From Craspedostauros australis (taxonomy: Eukaryota): 43,845 nt of DNA. The notes under the pieces were generated by a model. It did not search any database and was not told where the DNA came from. It saw nothing but the letters and a program-made list of their open reading frames with translations. The position numbers and the translations under genes were made by a program. Location: the NCBI GenBank assembly GCA_030167865.1, contig JALAGF010006573.1, forward strand, positions 1-43,845. The letters are read 5' to 3'. This document shows positions 1-11,745 of the stretch, piece after piece (position 1 is the first letter of the stretch; every line of letters begins with the position of its first letter).

Positions 1-910
1 CCAAGTGTGTATGAGAGAATAGCGGGTGAACGATGCACATATACTCGTACATCTCGACATATACTCACATGTACATCTCGACATCAGATTGAGATGTAGG
101 ATGAAGAAAAAATATTCAGTTGGATAGTGCGGCTCTGCACTGACGATTAGAGGTTCAGTGCTGAGGACCGACAATCTCTTCCTTTCTCTCTCCTGCTCTC
201 TTCTGTCTGTAATAGTTGTTCTATGTCCAAGTACAAAGCCTTGACATCTTGATTGAGGTTGCAATTGAGAACATGGGATGTCAAGTGGTTGGAATTGCAG
301 TTGGATTCCCTTGACCTAGACTGACAACTAGCTAGAATATCCGCGTCCCCCAATCGAGTCCAGTCGTGTATCTACCGCTACCAGTGCTGGATCGAGTCTG
401 GTAACATCCATGACCAATACCAATCGGTTGAGTCCAATCATGCGAGGCACGACTCAGTCGCAACTGCGGTGCCAACATATGGAAGCAAGTATGTGTGCGA
501 CCAAGTGGCGTAGGTTTGGAATCCAGGCGTGGTCCTTGGAACAGGCATGGAAGCAGCAGAGACGGCATGGCAGAGAGCGCTACTAGTGGAGTAACGTGAG
601 TAGGGCAGATGGAGGCACAGCTGGAGGAACCTAATCATAATCTACAATTATCCCTCAATCGTCTGCTGGCATAAGGCATCCCTGCTTGTGTTGAAGCAGG
701 GCGGATTTCCTCGTTGTAGTCGTGTGGAGGTAGCAGGTTGCATAGCTGACAATGGAACCAAGATGAGTTGCAACACAAGGATTCAGAGGAGCATATAGTT
801 CCTGGAATATGTTGAGTCAAGTCAATCGAGTGGTTGGAGTCAGCAGTGGTTCGTGAATGGAGAAAGGGGGAAAGAGAAAGGAGGATTTTGCTGTATTCGT
901 AGTTGGAGGA

Positions 911-922
911 TTTCGCGCCAAA
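911..922. promoter_or_regulatory. E2F-type site TTTCGCGCCAAA (overlapping bidirectional consensus)
   Basis: Exact TTTCGCGCCAAA, with a partial second copy (GACGCGCCAAG) immediately after. A similar TTCGCGCCAAA is at 10423-10433. Confidence 0.3.
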
Positions 923-3255
923 ATTGACGCGCCAAGATAATTTCATGGGGCGACATGGGACACACTAAAGTGGAAAGTAGTCTGCTCTTTAGATGAACTT
1001 CAACTGCCAACGCGACCCCGGAGAATCGAAAATCAAAAGTTTTGAGGACACAAAAGCGTCTCTCCGCGATAACGCTGTGTGGAAGTCGAAAACACATTCT
1101 CAGCAGTACCTCAACGGGCCGATGCGAACACAACAAGAGGTGGCAAATGTGGCGCATCGATACAAATGTGTCACGTCAATGTTGAGTGCCAAATTTGTCA
1201 CATTCGGGGCCCAAAATCTCGTGAGGGATATTGTCCTAGATGCAAAACAAAACGCTTTGTTTCTACTGCTAAAACGTTGCGAAATGAGTTGCAATGTAAG
1301 ACAGGACAACTTTCTTGTGCTTTCGTTGCTTATTGTTGATCGTGTGGCTTTATTCCAACAAAGGCATCACCGCGACTCCCTGGGAGAGATGCTGATCCCA
1401 GAAGCATCGGAAAGGGCGGGCATGTCTATTCGCACCTATGAAGCAGTACTGCAGACCCCCAAGAGTGCGAAAGATGGAGCATGGCACCGTCATCTGTACT
1501 TGCATTGCGTTTGCGATGCTCGTGCCTTTGCTGACTTTCTCGGACCCTGTCGGGGACATGGGCAGTCCACGAGTAGATACATGCCCTGAGATGTATACTA
1601 TCGCAGTTGGTAAAGAGCAGGGTATCACAGAGCACACGACAAGAGACTACTTTACTTTTATCTGTTCTGTTCGTTTCTGGAGAGACAGAGAGGGGAAGAC
1701 CTGTACTCTGAGGTGGGGCGTTGCTCTTTAGGTTGGAATAGTCATGCTCCTGGGCTTCACCATCGGCGTCCGTCTTTTTCCGTGTCGCAAATCGCCTATC
1801 AGGCGTCGCCAAAATGTGAGAGCCAAAGGACGACCCCACAGCGGTTTTCACGTTGGTGTCAACTTCAGCGTGGTTTGCGCAGGAAGGCACACAAGATGCA
1901 GAGCAGGGTCCATTTCCTTGAGCGAGCATGTTGTGCGCTTTGGGACACGTGGACAACTAGTTCATCGATTGGTGCCTCCGTGAATCAGGAACAGAGAATG
2001 TTAGTGTCACTCAACACATACTCGTTCACCGCAGAACTCTACTATAGGCCCAAAGCGACTTGTCATTGACCGGCATCGTGATCGGTCCGTGAATCCAGCA
2101 TTGATGGAACAGACGCAGAGAGTGTGCTCATCGAATGGTATTTCACGCTCGCTGGTGTGCACCCGACATTCTTGTGGTGGTCCAATTGCGTTTGGGTGCT
2201 TCACATCACAGCGCATAGAACTGGTGATTCTTCGTGTCGCAAGCAATCCACGCACGACTTCTGATCACAATGCATCAACAATCAGAACCACTCTACTCTT
2301 CACGTGTCGAATTGCCGATTCGCTTCGAGCTTCACATCCGCACCAAACGCCCATGGGAAATCAGAATCCAATACTTAGGGCATCGCCGCTTTATATCCTC
2401 ATCCATGACAGAGGAATCCTATAAATCTGGAGCAAGCCCTGCACCCGTTTTCCAGAAACGCTCCGATCACAGATCGTGAAGTTCCCAAGCCATTGGCTGC
2501 GTACACGGAGACACAGGAAATACCAATGTTGATCTCCCTCAGGTTGGGTGAAGACTGGGCTGTAGGGTACCGTAGCGTGGAGTACTGGCTTGTATGTACC
2601 GCGCTCTGTCCGCCAAAAAAGAATGTGGTCTTGGATCAACTCGCGATACCTGCAACTTTTTGCACTGGTGGGAACTCACAGCCAGCATACGGCCACGTTG
2701 GGCACTGTCGTTGACGCTTGGGGGTCCCACATCCCTGCATATGCAGCGATGTTGACGCAAGAAAATCGTGATTGATCGGTCTTGTTGGGGCAAACAAACC
2801 ATCCCAAAGGGTTTGTGTGGCGCTCAGCGCTAGTGGAAAGGTGACCGTGAGCGGAAACACCAATTTCTGTTCTTTTGTCTCGTCCACTTCCTCTTTGCTC
2901 ACAATTTCTTCACTCGACCAAAGTGCAAAAGCCAAACTCGAGTGGTAAGTTTGCCGTATCGGAATCCTCGATTTCCGCCGTGCCTTCGTATTGCGATGCA
3001 CTCACACCGACTCTGCTCTGCTCTACTCTACTCTACTCTATGTCACCCCACCTCACCTCGCTCACCATGCATCCACCCTGCTCGTCGCCCAACGCAAACC
3101 AATACGCCTGCCGTTGCTTTCATGATCAGATCTTCCGCTTAGCGTCTCCAACGTGCCGCCAAGCCACTTCTCTTCCAACAGACTCTTTGCGAGTTCGACA
3201 TACAACGTGTCGACCAACCACAAACCAAACCAAACCAAACCAAACAACCATCACG

Positions 3256-6200
3256 ATGAAGTTTGCAAGGAAGGGTGCTGTCTGGGCGTTGCTCGTATCC
3301 GCCCTTGCCGCCATNNNNNNNNNNNNNNNNNNNNNNNNNNNNNNNNNNNNNNNNNNNNNNNNNNNNNNNNNNNNNNNNNNNNNNNNNNNNNNNNNNNNNN
3401 NNNNNNNNNNNNNNNNNNNNNNNNNNNNNNNNNNNNNNNNNNNNNNNNNNNNNNNNNNNNNNAAGACCTTCGTCGAGTTCAAGGTCTACAACGTGTTTTC
3501 CACGGCTGGATCCATCAAGGAGATCTACACCGAGTATCCGGAGAACAACCTCGACAGAGCCACGTGCACCTTGGACGCCGATCTGGAGCCCGGGGAGCCT
3601 GCCGATGAGGTCTTCCGCGCGGAATGCCTCTGCCTCAAGCCCGTTGCCGTCGTCTCTCTCTACGTCCGAGACCCAACCATCGACGCAACCATTGGTACTG
3701 GCAAGACCCCAGAGTGCTGCCATGCCGATTTGACCAACGGATATCCAACCATCAANNNNNNNNNNNNNNNNNNNNNNNNNNNNNNNNNNNNNNNNNNNNN
3801 NNNNNNNNNNNNNNNNNNNNNNNNNNNNNNNNNNNNNNNNNNNNNNNNNNNNNNNNNNNNNNNNNNNNNNNNNNNNNNNNNNNNNNNNNNNNNNNNNNNN
3901 NNNNNNNNNNNNNNNNNNNNNNNNNNCGACGAAGAGTGCGACATGGGCGCAGCCAACTCCAACAACGTGGACGCCGCCTGCACCGAAAGCTGCACAATCC
4001 CGAAGTGCGGAGATGGCATCCTCCAAGGCAACGAGGAGTGTGACGATGGCAACACNNNNNNNNNNNNNNNNNNNNNNNNNNNNNNNNNNNNNNNNNNNNN
4101 NNNNNCCCAACCATCGACGCAACCATTGGTACTGGCAAGACCCCAGAGTGCTGCCATGCCGATTTGACCAACGGATATCCAACCATCAAATTCACCTTCC
4201 TCCTCGACTGCGTGCGAGACTGTGACCCCACCCCGTTCGCAGTCTGCGGCAACGGAAAGCTCGAAACAGGCGAGCTGTGTGACGACGGCAACGATGTCAA
4301 CGACGACGGGTGCACCAACGAGTGCCTCCTCCCGAAGTGCGGAGATGGCATTGTGCAAGACGACGAAGAGTGCGACATGGGCGCAGCCAACTCCAACAAC
4401 GTGGACGCCGCCTGCACCGAAAGCTGCACAATCCCGAAGTGCGGNGATGGCATCCTCCAAGGCAACGAGGAGTGTGACGATGGCAACACAATCAACGACG
4501 ACGGCTGCTCGAACTCGTGCATCACCGAACTTTGCGGTGACGGCATCAAGCAAGAAAGCGAAGAATGCGACGATGGCAACGACATCAACAACGATGATTG
4601 CACCAACAAATGCAAATTGCCAATCTGCGGCGATGGCATCANNNNNNNNNNNNNNNNNNNNNNNNNNNNNNNNNNNNNNNNNNNNNNNNNNTGTGACGAT
4701 GGCAACACAATCAACGACGACGGCTGCTCGAACTCGTGCATCACCGAACTTTGCGGTGACGGCATCAAGCAAGAAGGCGAAGAATGCGACGATGGCAACG
4801 ACATCAACAACGATGATTGCACCAACAAATGCAAATTGCCAATCTGCGGCGATGGCATCAAGCAAGAAGACGAAGAATGTGACGATGGTAATTCCGACGA
4901 CGAGGATGGTTGCACATCTCAATGCAAGATCCTTGTTTGCGGTGACGGCATCCTGCAGGGAGACGAAGAATGTGACGATGGAAACAAGGTCAACAACGAT
5001 GGATGCAGCGAAACCTGCAAATTGGAGGTATGCGGCGACAGCATCAAGCAGGACGACGAGGAATGCGATCGCGGATCGCAGAACTCCGACGGCCCCAACG
5101 CCCAGTGCACGAAGGATTGCAAGTTCCCGGTGTGCGGAGACGGCATCCTGCAAGGCGACGAAGAATGCGATGACGGCAACGATGTGAACGACGATGAATG
5201 CACCGGCGAATGTAAGTTGCCACGGTGCGGCGACGGCATCAAGCACAAGGGTGAGGAATGCGACGACGGAAACAACGACAACAGTGACGGCTGCACCAAC
5301 CAATGCAAGAAGGCAGTCTGCGGCGATGGCATCGTCGGACCAAACGAAGAATGCGATCACGGATCGCAGAACTCCGACGGCCCCAACGCCCAGTGCACGA
5401 AGGATTGCAAGCTCCCGGCGTGCGGAGACGGCATCCGCCAAAATGGAGAGGAGTGCGATGACGGAAACAAGATCAGCGGCGACGCCTGCACCAACCAATG
5501 CAAGAAGGCACGATGTGGGGACGGCATTGTCGGACCTAATGAACAGTGTGATCTCGGATCCCAGAACTCCAACGGACCTAACGCCCGCTGCACTCTCGAA
5601 TGTACCCGCCCCAAGTGTGGCGACGGCATCAAGCAGCAAGGCGAGCAGTGCGATCTTGGACCAAACAACTCCGACGCGACCAACAGCAAGTGCTCCACCA
5701 CCTGCGAGCTCCCGCGCTGCGGTGACGAGATTCTCCACCCATCCAGAAACGAGGAATGCGATCTCGGCGAAAACAACTCCAACGGACCCAACACCAGATG
5801 CAACGCCAACTGCAAGACCCCCAAGTGTGGTGACGGCATCATCAACAAGCGACTGGGTGAAGAATGCGACAAGGGCAGCAACAACTCCGATGGCCCCAAC
5901 GCGCAGTGCACCACCACGTGCACCCTGCCCACTTGTGGCGATGGCATCGTTCAAGGTGGCGAGGAATGCGACGATGGCAACGACGTCAACAATGACAGCT
6001 GCACCAACCAATGCAAGAAAGCAAACTGCGGTGACGGAATCATTCAGCCAGGTGAGGAATGCGACAAGGGTCCAAGCAATTCGAATGGACCTAACGCCCA
6101 GTGCACCACCACATGCAACATCCCCAAGTGTGGCGACGGCATCAAGCACAAGAACGAAGAATGTGACGATGGCAACAACGTCAACAATGACAGCTGCACC

Positions 6201-9200
6201 AACACCTGCAAGAAGCCACGATGTGGCGACGGAATCAAGCAGGCCAATGAAGAATGCGACATGGGGCGGCACAACTCGAACGCAGCAAACGCCCAGTGCA
6301 CCGCAGACTGTACCATCCCCAAGTGTGGTGACGGCATCAAGCACATCGGTGAACAATGCGACGATGGAGACAAGGTCAACAACGACGAGTGCACTAACAA
6401 CTGCAAGGTCCCAACTTGCGGTGACGGCATCAAGCAGAGCGGAGAGCAGTGCGACGACGGCAACAAGAACAACGCCGATGGTTGCACCAACAACTGCAGA
6501 CTCCCACGCTGTGGTGATGGCATNNNNNNNNNNNNNNNNNNNNNNNNNNNNNNNNNNNNNNNNNNNNNNNNNNNNNNNNNNNNNNNNNNNNNNNNNNNNN
6601 NNNNNNNNNNNNNNNNNNNNNNNNNNNNNNNNNNNNNNNNNNNNNNNNNNNNNNNNNNNNNNNNNNNNNNNNNNNNNNNNNNNNNNNNNNNNNNNNNNNN
6701 NNNNNNNNNNNNNNNNNNNCAGCTGCTACACCGACTGCAAGGTCCCACGCTGTGGTGACAACCGTCTCAACAACAAAGCGGGTGAGCAGTGCGATCTCGG
6801 AGGACAGAACTCCGACGGTGCAAACACCAGATGCAACAAGAACTGCAAGCTTCCGCGCTGCGGCGATGGCCTTGTCAACAAGAGGCTCGGCGAGCAGTGC
6901 GATCGTGGAGCACAGAACTCCGACGGCCCCAACGCCCAGTGCACCAAGGATTGCAAGCTCCCGGTGTGCGGAGACGGTATCCAACACAAGGATGAAGAAT
7001 GCGACGACGGCAACCAAGTCAACAACGACAACTGCACCAACGAATGCACGAAAGTGCGATGTGGTGATGGCATCCGCCAAAATGGAGAGGAGTGCGACGA
7101 TGGCAACAAGAACAACAACGACAGCTGCACCAACGGATGCAAGAAGGCACGATGTGGCGATGGGTTCAAAGCACCCAACGAAGAGTGCGACGACGGCAAC
7201 ACCAACAACAGCGACGACTGCACCAACCAATGCAAGAAAGCACGATGTGGTGATGGGTTCAAAGCACCCAACGAAGAGTGCGACGATGGCAACAACGTCA
7301 ACACCGACAGCTGCACCAACCAATGCAAGAAAGCACGATGTGGCGACGGCATCGTCGGACCTCATGAACAGTGTGATCTCGGACCTCACAACTCCAATTC
7401 CGCCGGTTCACAGTGCACAACCAAGTGCCAGAAACCAAGATGTGGTGATGGCATCCGCCATAATGGAGAGGAGTGTGACGATGGCAACAATAACAACAAC
7501 GACAGCTGCACCAACCAATGCAAGAAAGCACGATGTGGCGACGGCATCGTCGGACCTCATGAACAGTGTGATCTCGGACCTCACAACTCCAATTCCCCCG
7601 GTTCACGGTGCACAACCAAGTGCCAGAAGCCAAGATGCGGTGATGGCATCCGCCAAAATGGAGAGGAGTGCGACGATGGCAACAACATCAACAATGACAG
7701 CTGCACCAACCAATGCAAGCGCGCAAAATGCGGTGACGGCATCGTCGGACCTCATGAACAGTGTGATCTCGGACCTCACAACTCCAATTCCGCCGGTTCA
7801 CAGTGCACAACCAAGTGCCAGAAGCCAAGATGTGGTGATGGAATCCGCCAAAATGGAGAGGAGTGCGACGATGGCAACACGAGGAACACCGACAGCTGCA
7901 CCAACAACTGCAAGAAGGCACGATGTGGGGACGGCATCGTCGGACCTCATGAACAGTGTGATCTCGGACCTCACAACTCCAATTCCCCCGGTTCACAGTG
8001 CACAACCAAGTGCCAGAAACCAAGATGTGGTGATGGAATCCGCCAACATGGAGAGGAATGCGACGATGGCAACAACATCAACACCGACAGCTGCACCAAC
8101 CAATGCAAGAAGGCACGATGTGGCGACGGCATCGTCGGACCTCATGAACAGTGTGATCGCGGCTATCACAACTCCAATTCCGCCGGTTCACAGTGCACAA
8201 CCAAGTGCCAGAAACCAAGATGTGGTGATGGAATCCGCCAAAATGGAGAGGAGTGTGACGATGGCAACAACATCAACACCGACAGCTGCACCAACAACTG
8301 CAAGAAGGCACGATGTGGGGACGGCATCGTCGGACCTCATGAACAGTGTGATCGCGGCTATCACAACTCCAATTCCGCCGGTTCACAGTGCACAACCAAG
8401 TGCCAGAAACCAAGATGTGGTGATGGTATCCGTCAAAATGGAGAGGAGTGCGACGACGGCAACACGAAGAACACGGACAGCTGCAGGAACGACTGCAAGA
8501 AGGCACGATGTGGTGATGGGATCGTTTCAACTGGCGAAGAGTGCGACGACGGCAACAATAACAACAATGACAGCTGCACCAACGAATGCAAGAAGCGTGA
8601 TACCGTATGCCCGGAGGTGAAGCTCGACTTCAACGACTATCCCAGTACAGGATTCATCTATGACGAGTGGTGGGGACCCAAGGGCGTCAAGGTGATCGCG
8701 AAGGCCAACAACAGGAACGCCGGATACACCCCCCGACCACGATCAGGATGCCGATCTGGATCACTCAACTGCTACTGCAAGGACTGGAGGAGCAGCCGCC
8801 CTACAAGCTGCCCACACTGGCAGAGCACCAACAACGGCGGAGGAGCTGCCCGTGTGTTCGACACATGGAAACCAAGAGGATACAAGCGCGGTACGTACGA
8901 GGAGCGCAAGGGATGGAACAACCCACTCTGCGATGCCGACGACGAGTACGCTGGAGATGACGACTTGGGCACACCCAACAGATCCTGCGGTGGCCCTGGT
9001 GTCGGCAACGGAGGCAAGAAGGGCAGGAAGTACCAGAACTGCCAAAAGCTCGGCAGAGTCCTCATCATCCAGGAGGGCAAGAAGACCTGCCCAGACGACG
9101 TTGGCTCCCCAGGAGGAACCATCTCTTTCGAATTCGACACCGCCAGGCACGGTGGAGTCGAGGTCACACTGGGCAAGTTCATCGACATCGATGACGGATA

Positions 9201-9615
9201 CACGAACCCGATCGTCGATTTCACAGAGGTCGGCAGGTCAAGCCCAACTCCCGGGCTCCGGAAGTACACCCAGCTCACAGGAGGCAACGGAGTTTTCGAC
9301 CTCAGGGTCTCCGTCAAGAACGTCAGACGCGTGCAGATCAGCTACAGAGGATCCGGCTGCATCGCCGAGGTGCGCTTCCGCCCCAGCAAGTGCCCACGAC
9401 GTATGCTGCGTGTTGAGGAGGACGGATCGTTCAACCTTGGCAACTACACCAGCACCGAAGAGTATGACGACTTCCAGGACGACTACGAATCGGAATTCAT
9501 CCAGTTCGGCGGCGCAGCGCAGGGTCATCAGTACGAAGAGACTGAGCCAGCCATTGACACCGACCACGTCGTCTACCCCGAGGAGGCTGAGGACATGTTC
9601 CCCATGGATGCATAA
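3256..9615 (+). CDS. Giant secreted cysteine-rich repeat protein: signal peptide + N-terminal Cys domain + ~41-43 Myxococcus Cys-rich (DUF4215/TIGR02232-like) repeats + C-terminal globular domain + acidic tail; ~1,900 aa after removing assembly duplications
   Basis: ATG at 3256 follows a CA-rich leader and starts MKFARKGAVWALLVSALAA (signal-peptide-like). ORF pieces 2875-4167, 4164-6758 and 5194-9615 carry a continuous CGDGI..EECDDGN..C...C repeat array. The frame switches coincide with N-gaps or duplicated contig ends. Stop TAA at 9613-9615 is followed by an (AACC)-rich 3' UTR. Confidence 0.9.
4106..4489. other. Assembly artefact: unmerged contig overlap duplicating 3672-4055
   Basis: 3672-3754 matches 4106-4188 and 3927-4055 matches 4361-4489, both at offset 434, across a 50-N join (4056-4105). 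Confidence 0.85.
4692..4860. other. Probable assembly artefact: duplication of 4473-4641 across a 50-N join
   Basis: Offset 219. The copies are identical except for one A/G difference (gaaagc vs gaaggc), and they flank the 50-N gap at 4642-4691. Confidence 0.7.
7339..8508 (+). repeat. Intragenic higher-order tandem repeat, 6 x 195 bp (34-aa B unit + 31-aa A unit)
   Basis: CGDGIVGPHEQCDLGPHNSNSAGSQCTTKCQKPR and CGDGIRQNGEECDDGN..DSCTNQCKKAR alternate six times with near-identical DNA. The unit starts at 7339 and the next, different repeat starts at 8509 (6 x 195 bp). Confidence 0.92.
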
Positions 9616-11535
9616 ACACAAGGTATTCTCCAAAACACGAAGTAATGCGAAGCTCATAGTAACCAACGAACCAACCAACCAACAAACCAACAAACAAACG
9701 AGAATTGACTCTCGAGAGCCAGGCTCCGTCGTGCGCGCGAGTACTCTACTCCACTTGACTCGATTTTCGTGATCCTCCCAAATTCATCAGCTGCAGAATT
9801 GACGATGGCGACACTCCAACATCATCACGGTATGCCCTCTACGGGTCCAGTGTGGCACTCTACTCTCTGGTGGCTAGAGACTAATTTCTGGTTTCTTGGG
9901 CACTTTTTGGTAATTTTTGGTACCCATTGGTCTATCGCGGATGGCACAAGCAACCATTCGATGAGTTGACGGCCGTTGCCTGATATCTTTGCATTATTAG
10001 AAAGAGGAGAGTGAGAGCTCTCTATTGATGTGCTCATTGTAGGCAAACGGTCTCCGCTTTCCGTTCATCTCGATGCCTCTTTTTACCCTTTATCGGCCTT
10101 TTTCGCACGGACGACGTACGGACGTGATTTCGGAATTTTTTCGTTGGTAACCATTGGTAACTACGTAGAGTCTACGACGTTCTGGTACAGAAATTTGTTG
10201 CTTCTTCGTCCAATCTCGACCGACTGCCTCCCAAAGACCCGCATCCAATTCTGTTTCGTCTATTGGTCAAGTGAATGACATGGCTGTATTCGTCACTTCA
10301 TTCTGCTTCGGGTGATGTGCTGGTCAGCGGTCCGGAATGCGTTTGTGTGTTGCATTGGGTGTTTGAAGTTAGTCACTAATGCTCGTGACAGCCATGATCA
10401 TCAATCCGTGAACGCACAAAAGTTCGCGCCAAAAAATATCNNNNNNNNNNNNNNNNNNNNNNNNNNNNNNGTTTTGTTCGCAGGAGTCTCTTTACTTTAT
10501 GCAAGGTTGTGCATCGCCCTGACGTCGGATCATCGTTCCGTTGCTTTCAGGTGACACAGAATCCTCTCTTGCACCTGCCCATGTAGCCTTGGTCTTCGAA
10601 TCTCACTTCCTCCAAAGATATACCAATTGCAAGTTTTTCGTCACTTTTATCGTGTACTATCCTCGCGAGGAAACATCGCTTCCTGATCAGGCGCCACAGC
10701 TGTCTTCATTGACGCTGGTTGTTACACCCTGGCAAAGACTAGCCATTTATTTCATGCTCACGCGATGGGTGGGGTCGTCGACACAGTCGCTGCTCGAGCT
10801 CTATCAAACCGCATTCGAATCGTTCTGTGGAGGTAGCCTGATGTTCTACACTGGTCTTGAGCGCTGATAAGGCCAATCGAACACTGGCATCTACATTGCG
10901 CATGCGATAGATGCTAAAATGTGCTCACACCGCGTGGAAATTGTGCGCGGCGCAGTTGCACATGCTCAGCGATGCGGAAGATCCAAAGAAGAGCGATCAG
11001 AGCATGGCAAGATTGGACTCCTCGGTGTGAAACAGTCAGCTCTGCTCTATTCTGGACTGCTCTTGTGCGCTAATGCTAACCAAGGGATCAAATAAAGAAA
11101 TAGTGCATGGGTTAGATTACCTCTATGGCATCTGCGCCGTCGACGCTGTTCTCCGCCTCTTTTCAACTTCCTGCCATTCGGGAAGAGAGCATGGACTCCA
11201 TGTTGCTTGGTTGATATGCATATCAACGCTGGGCCTGCAACCTGTGCAGACCAGTTAAGCATCCCTGGGATCTGGTCGAACTTGCTGCTTGTACCGTAGC
11301 CATTGGCTCAGCATGCCATTGGCAGCTGGCTCGCCTAGCAGTCTCGCTTTTTGCTCCAACCAAACTGCGGCTTTGCTGTACCGATGCTGCGCTTCCTGGA
11401 GTTTGCAGATGATCCGCTCGTGGCTGGGATGGGCTTCTAACTAACCAAGGGATCATTGCTCCCCCAAGCAGGATGAATACAATGATATGTATCAGCGCAA
11501 CGCTATATATCTCTAACAGTAGTGACACCCGTCGA

Positions 11536-11745
11536 CCAATCAGAAATTTCCACATTTCTTACTTTTTCCGTTCCGAACGGAAATTCTGGTCAAAATTCCG
11601 TTGTGTCAATTTTGTGTCGCATTTCGCGTCGCAAGAACCGTTTTCCCGTCAATCCCAGTTCCAACATGTCGCGGAAATGAATTTCTTGCCAAGATGAACC
11701 ACTCTGTCCAATCAGGACAGACTTCGGTCTTGGGTCCAATAAATA
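11536..11745 (+). promoter_or_regulatory. Promoter-like segment (CCAAT boxes, short hairpin), possibly the promoter/LTR of the downstream degenerate element
   Basis: CCAATCAG at 11536 and 11708, CCAAT at 11736, and the inverted repeat TTTCCGTTC-C-GAACGGAAA at 11565-11583. A CA-rich leader-like tract follows at ~12000-12060. Confidence 0.3.

Noticed and set aside
993..1589. 198-aa ORF
   Set aside because: No recognisable motif or codon bias, and it overlaps promoter-like sequence.
4056..4167. Programmed frameshift or pseudogenisation of the giant gene
   Set aside because: Fully explained by the 434-bp contig overlap and estimated gap lengths.
7339..8508. Regular repeat array as a possible CRISPR
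   Set aside because: The units are contiguous in-frame coding repeats with no unique spacers; the context is eukaryotic and there are no cas genes.
3660..8620. Long alternative-frame and antisense ORFs over the giant gene (e.g. 3660-6356 -, 6752-8620 +, first part of 5194-9615)
   Set aside because: They are shadows of a repetitive, codon-biased CDS. The Thr/Ala- or Val/Ala-rich translations simply mirror the Cys repeat.
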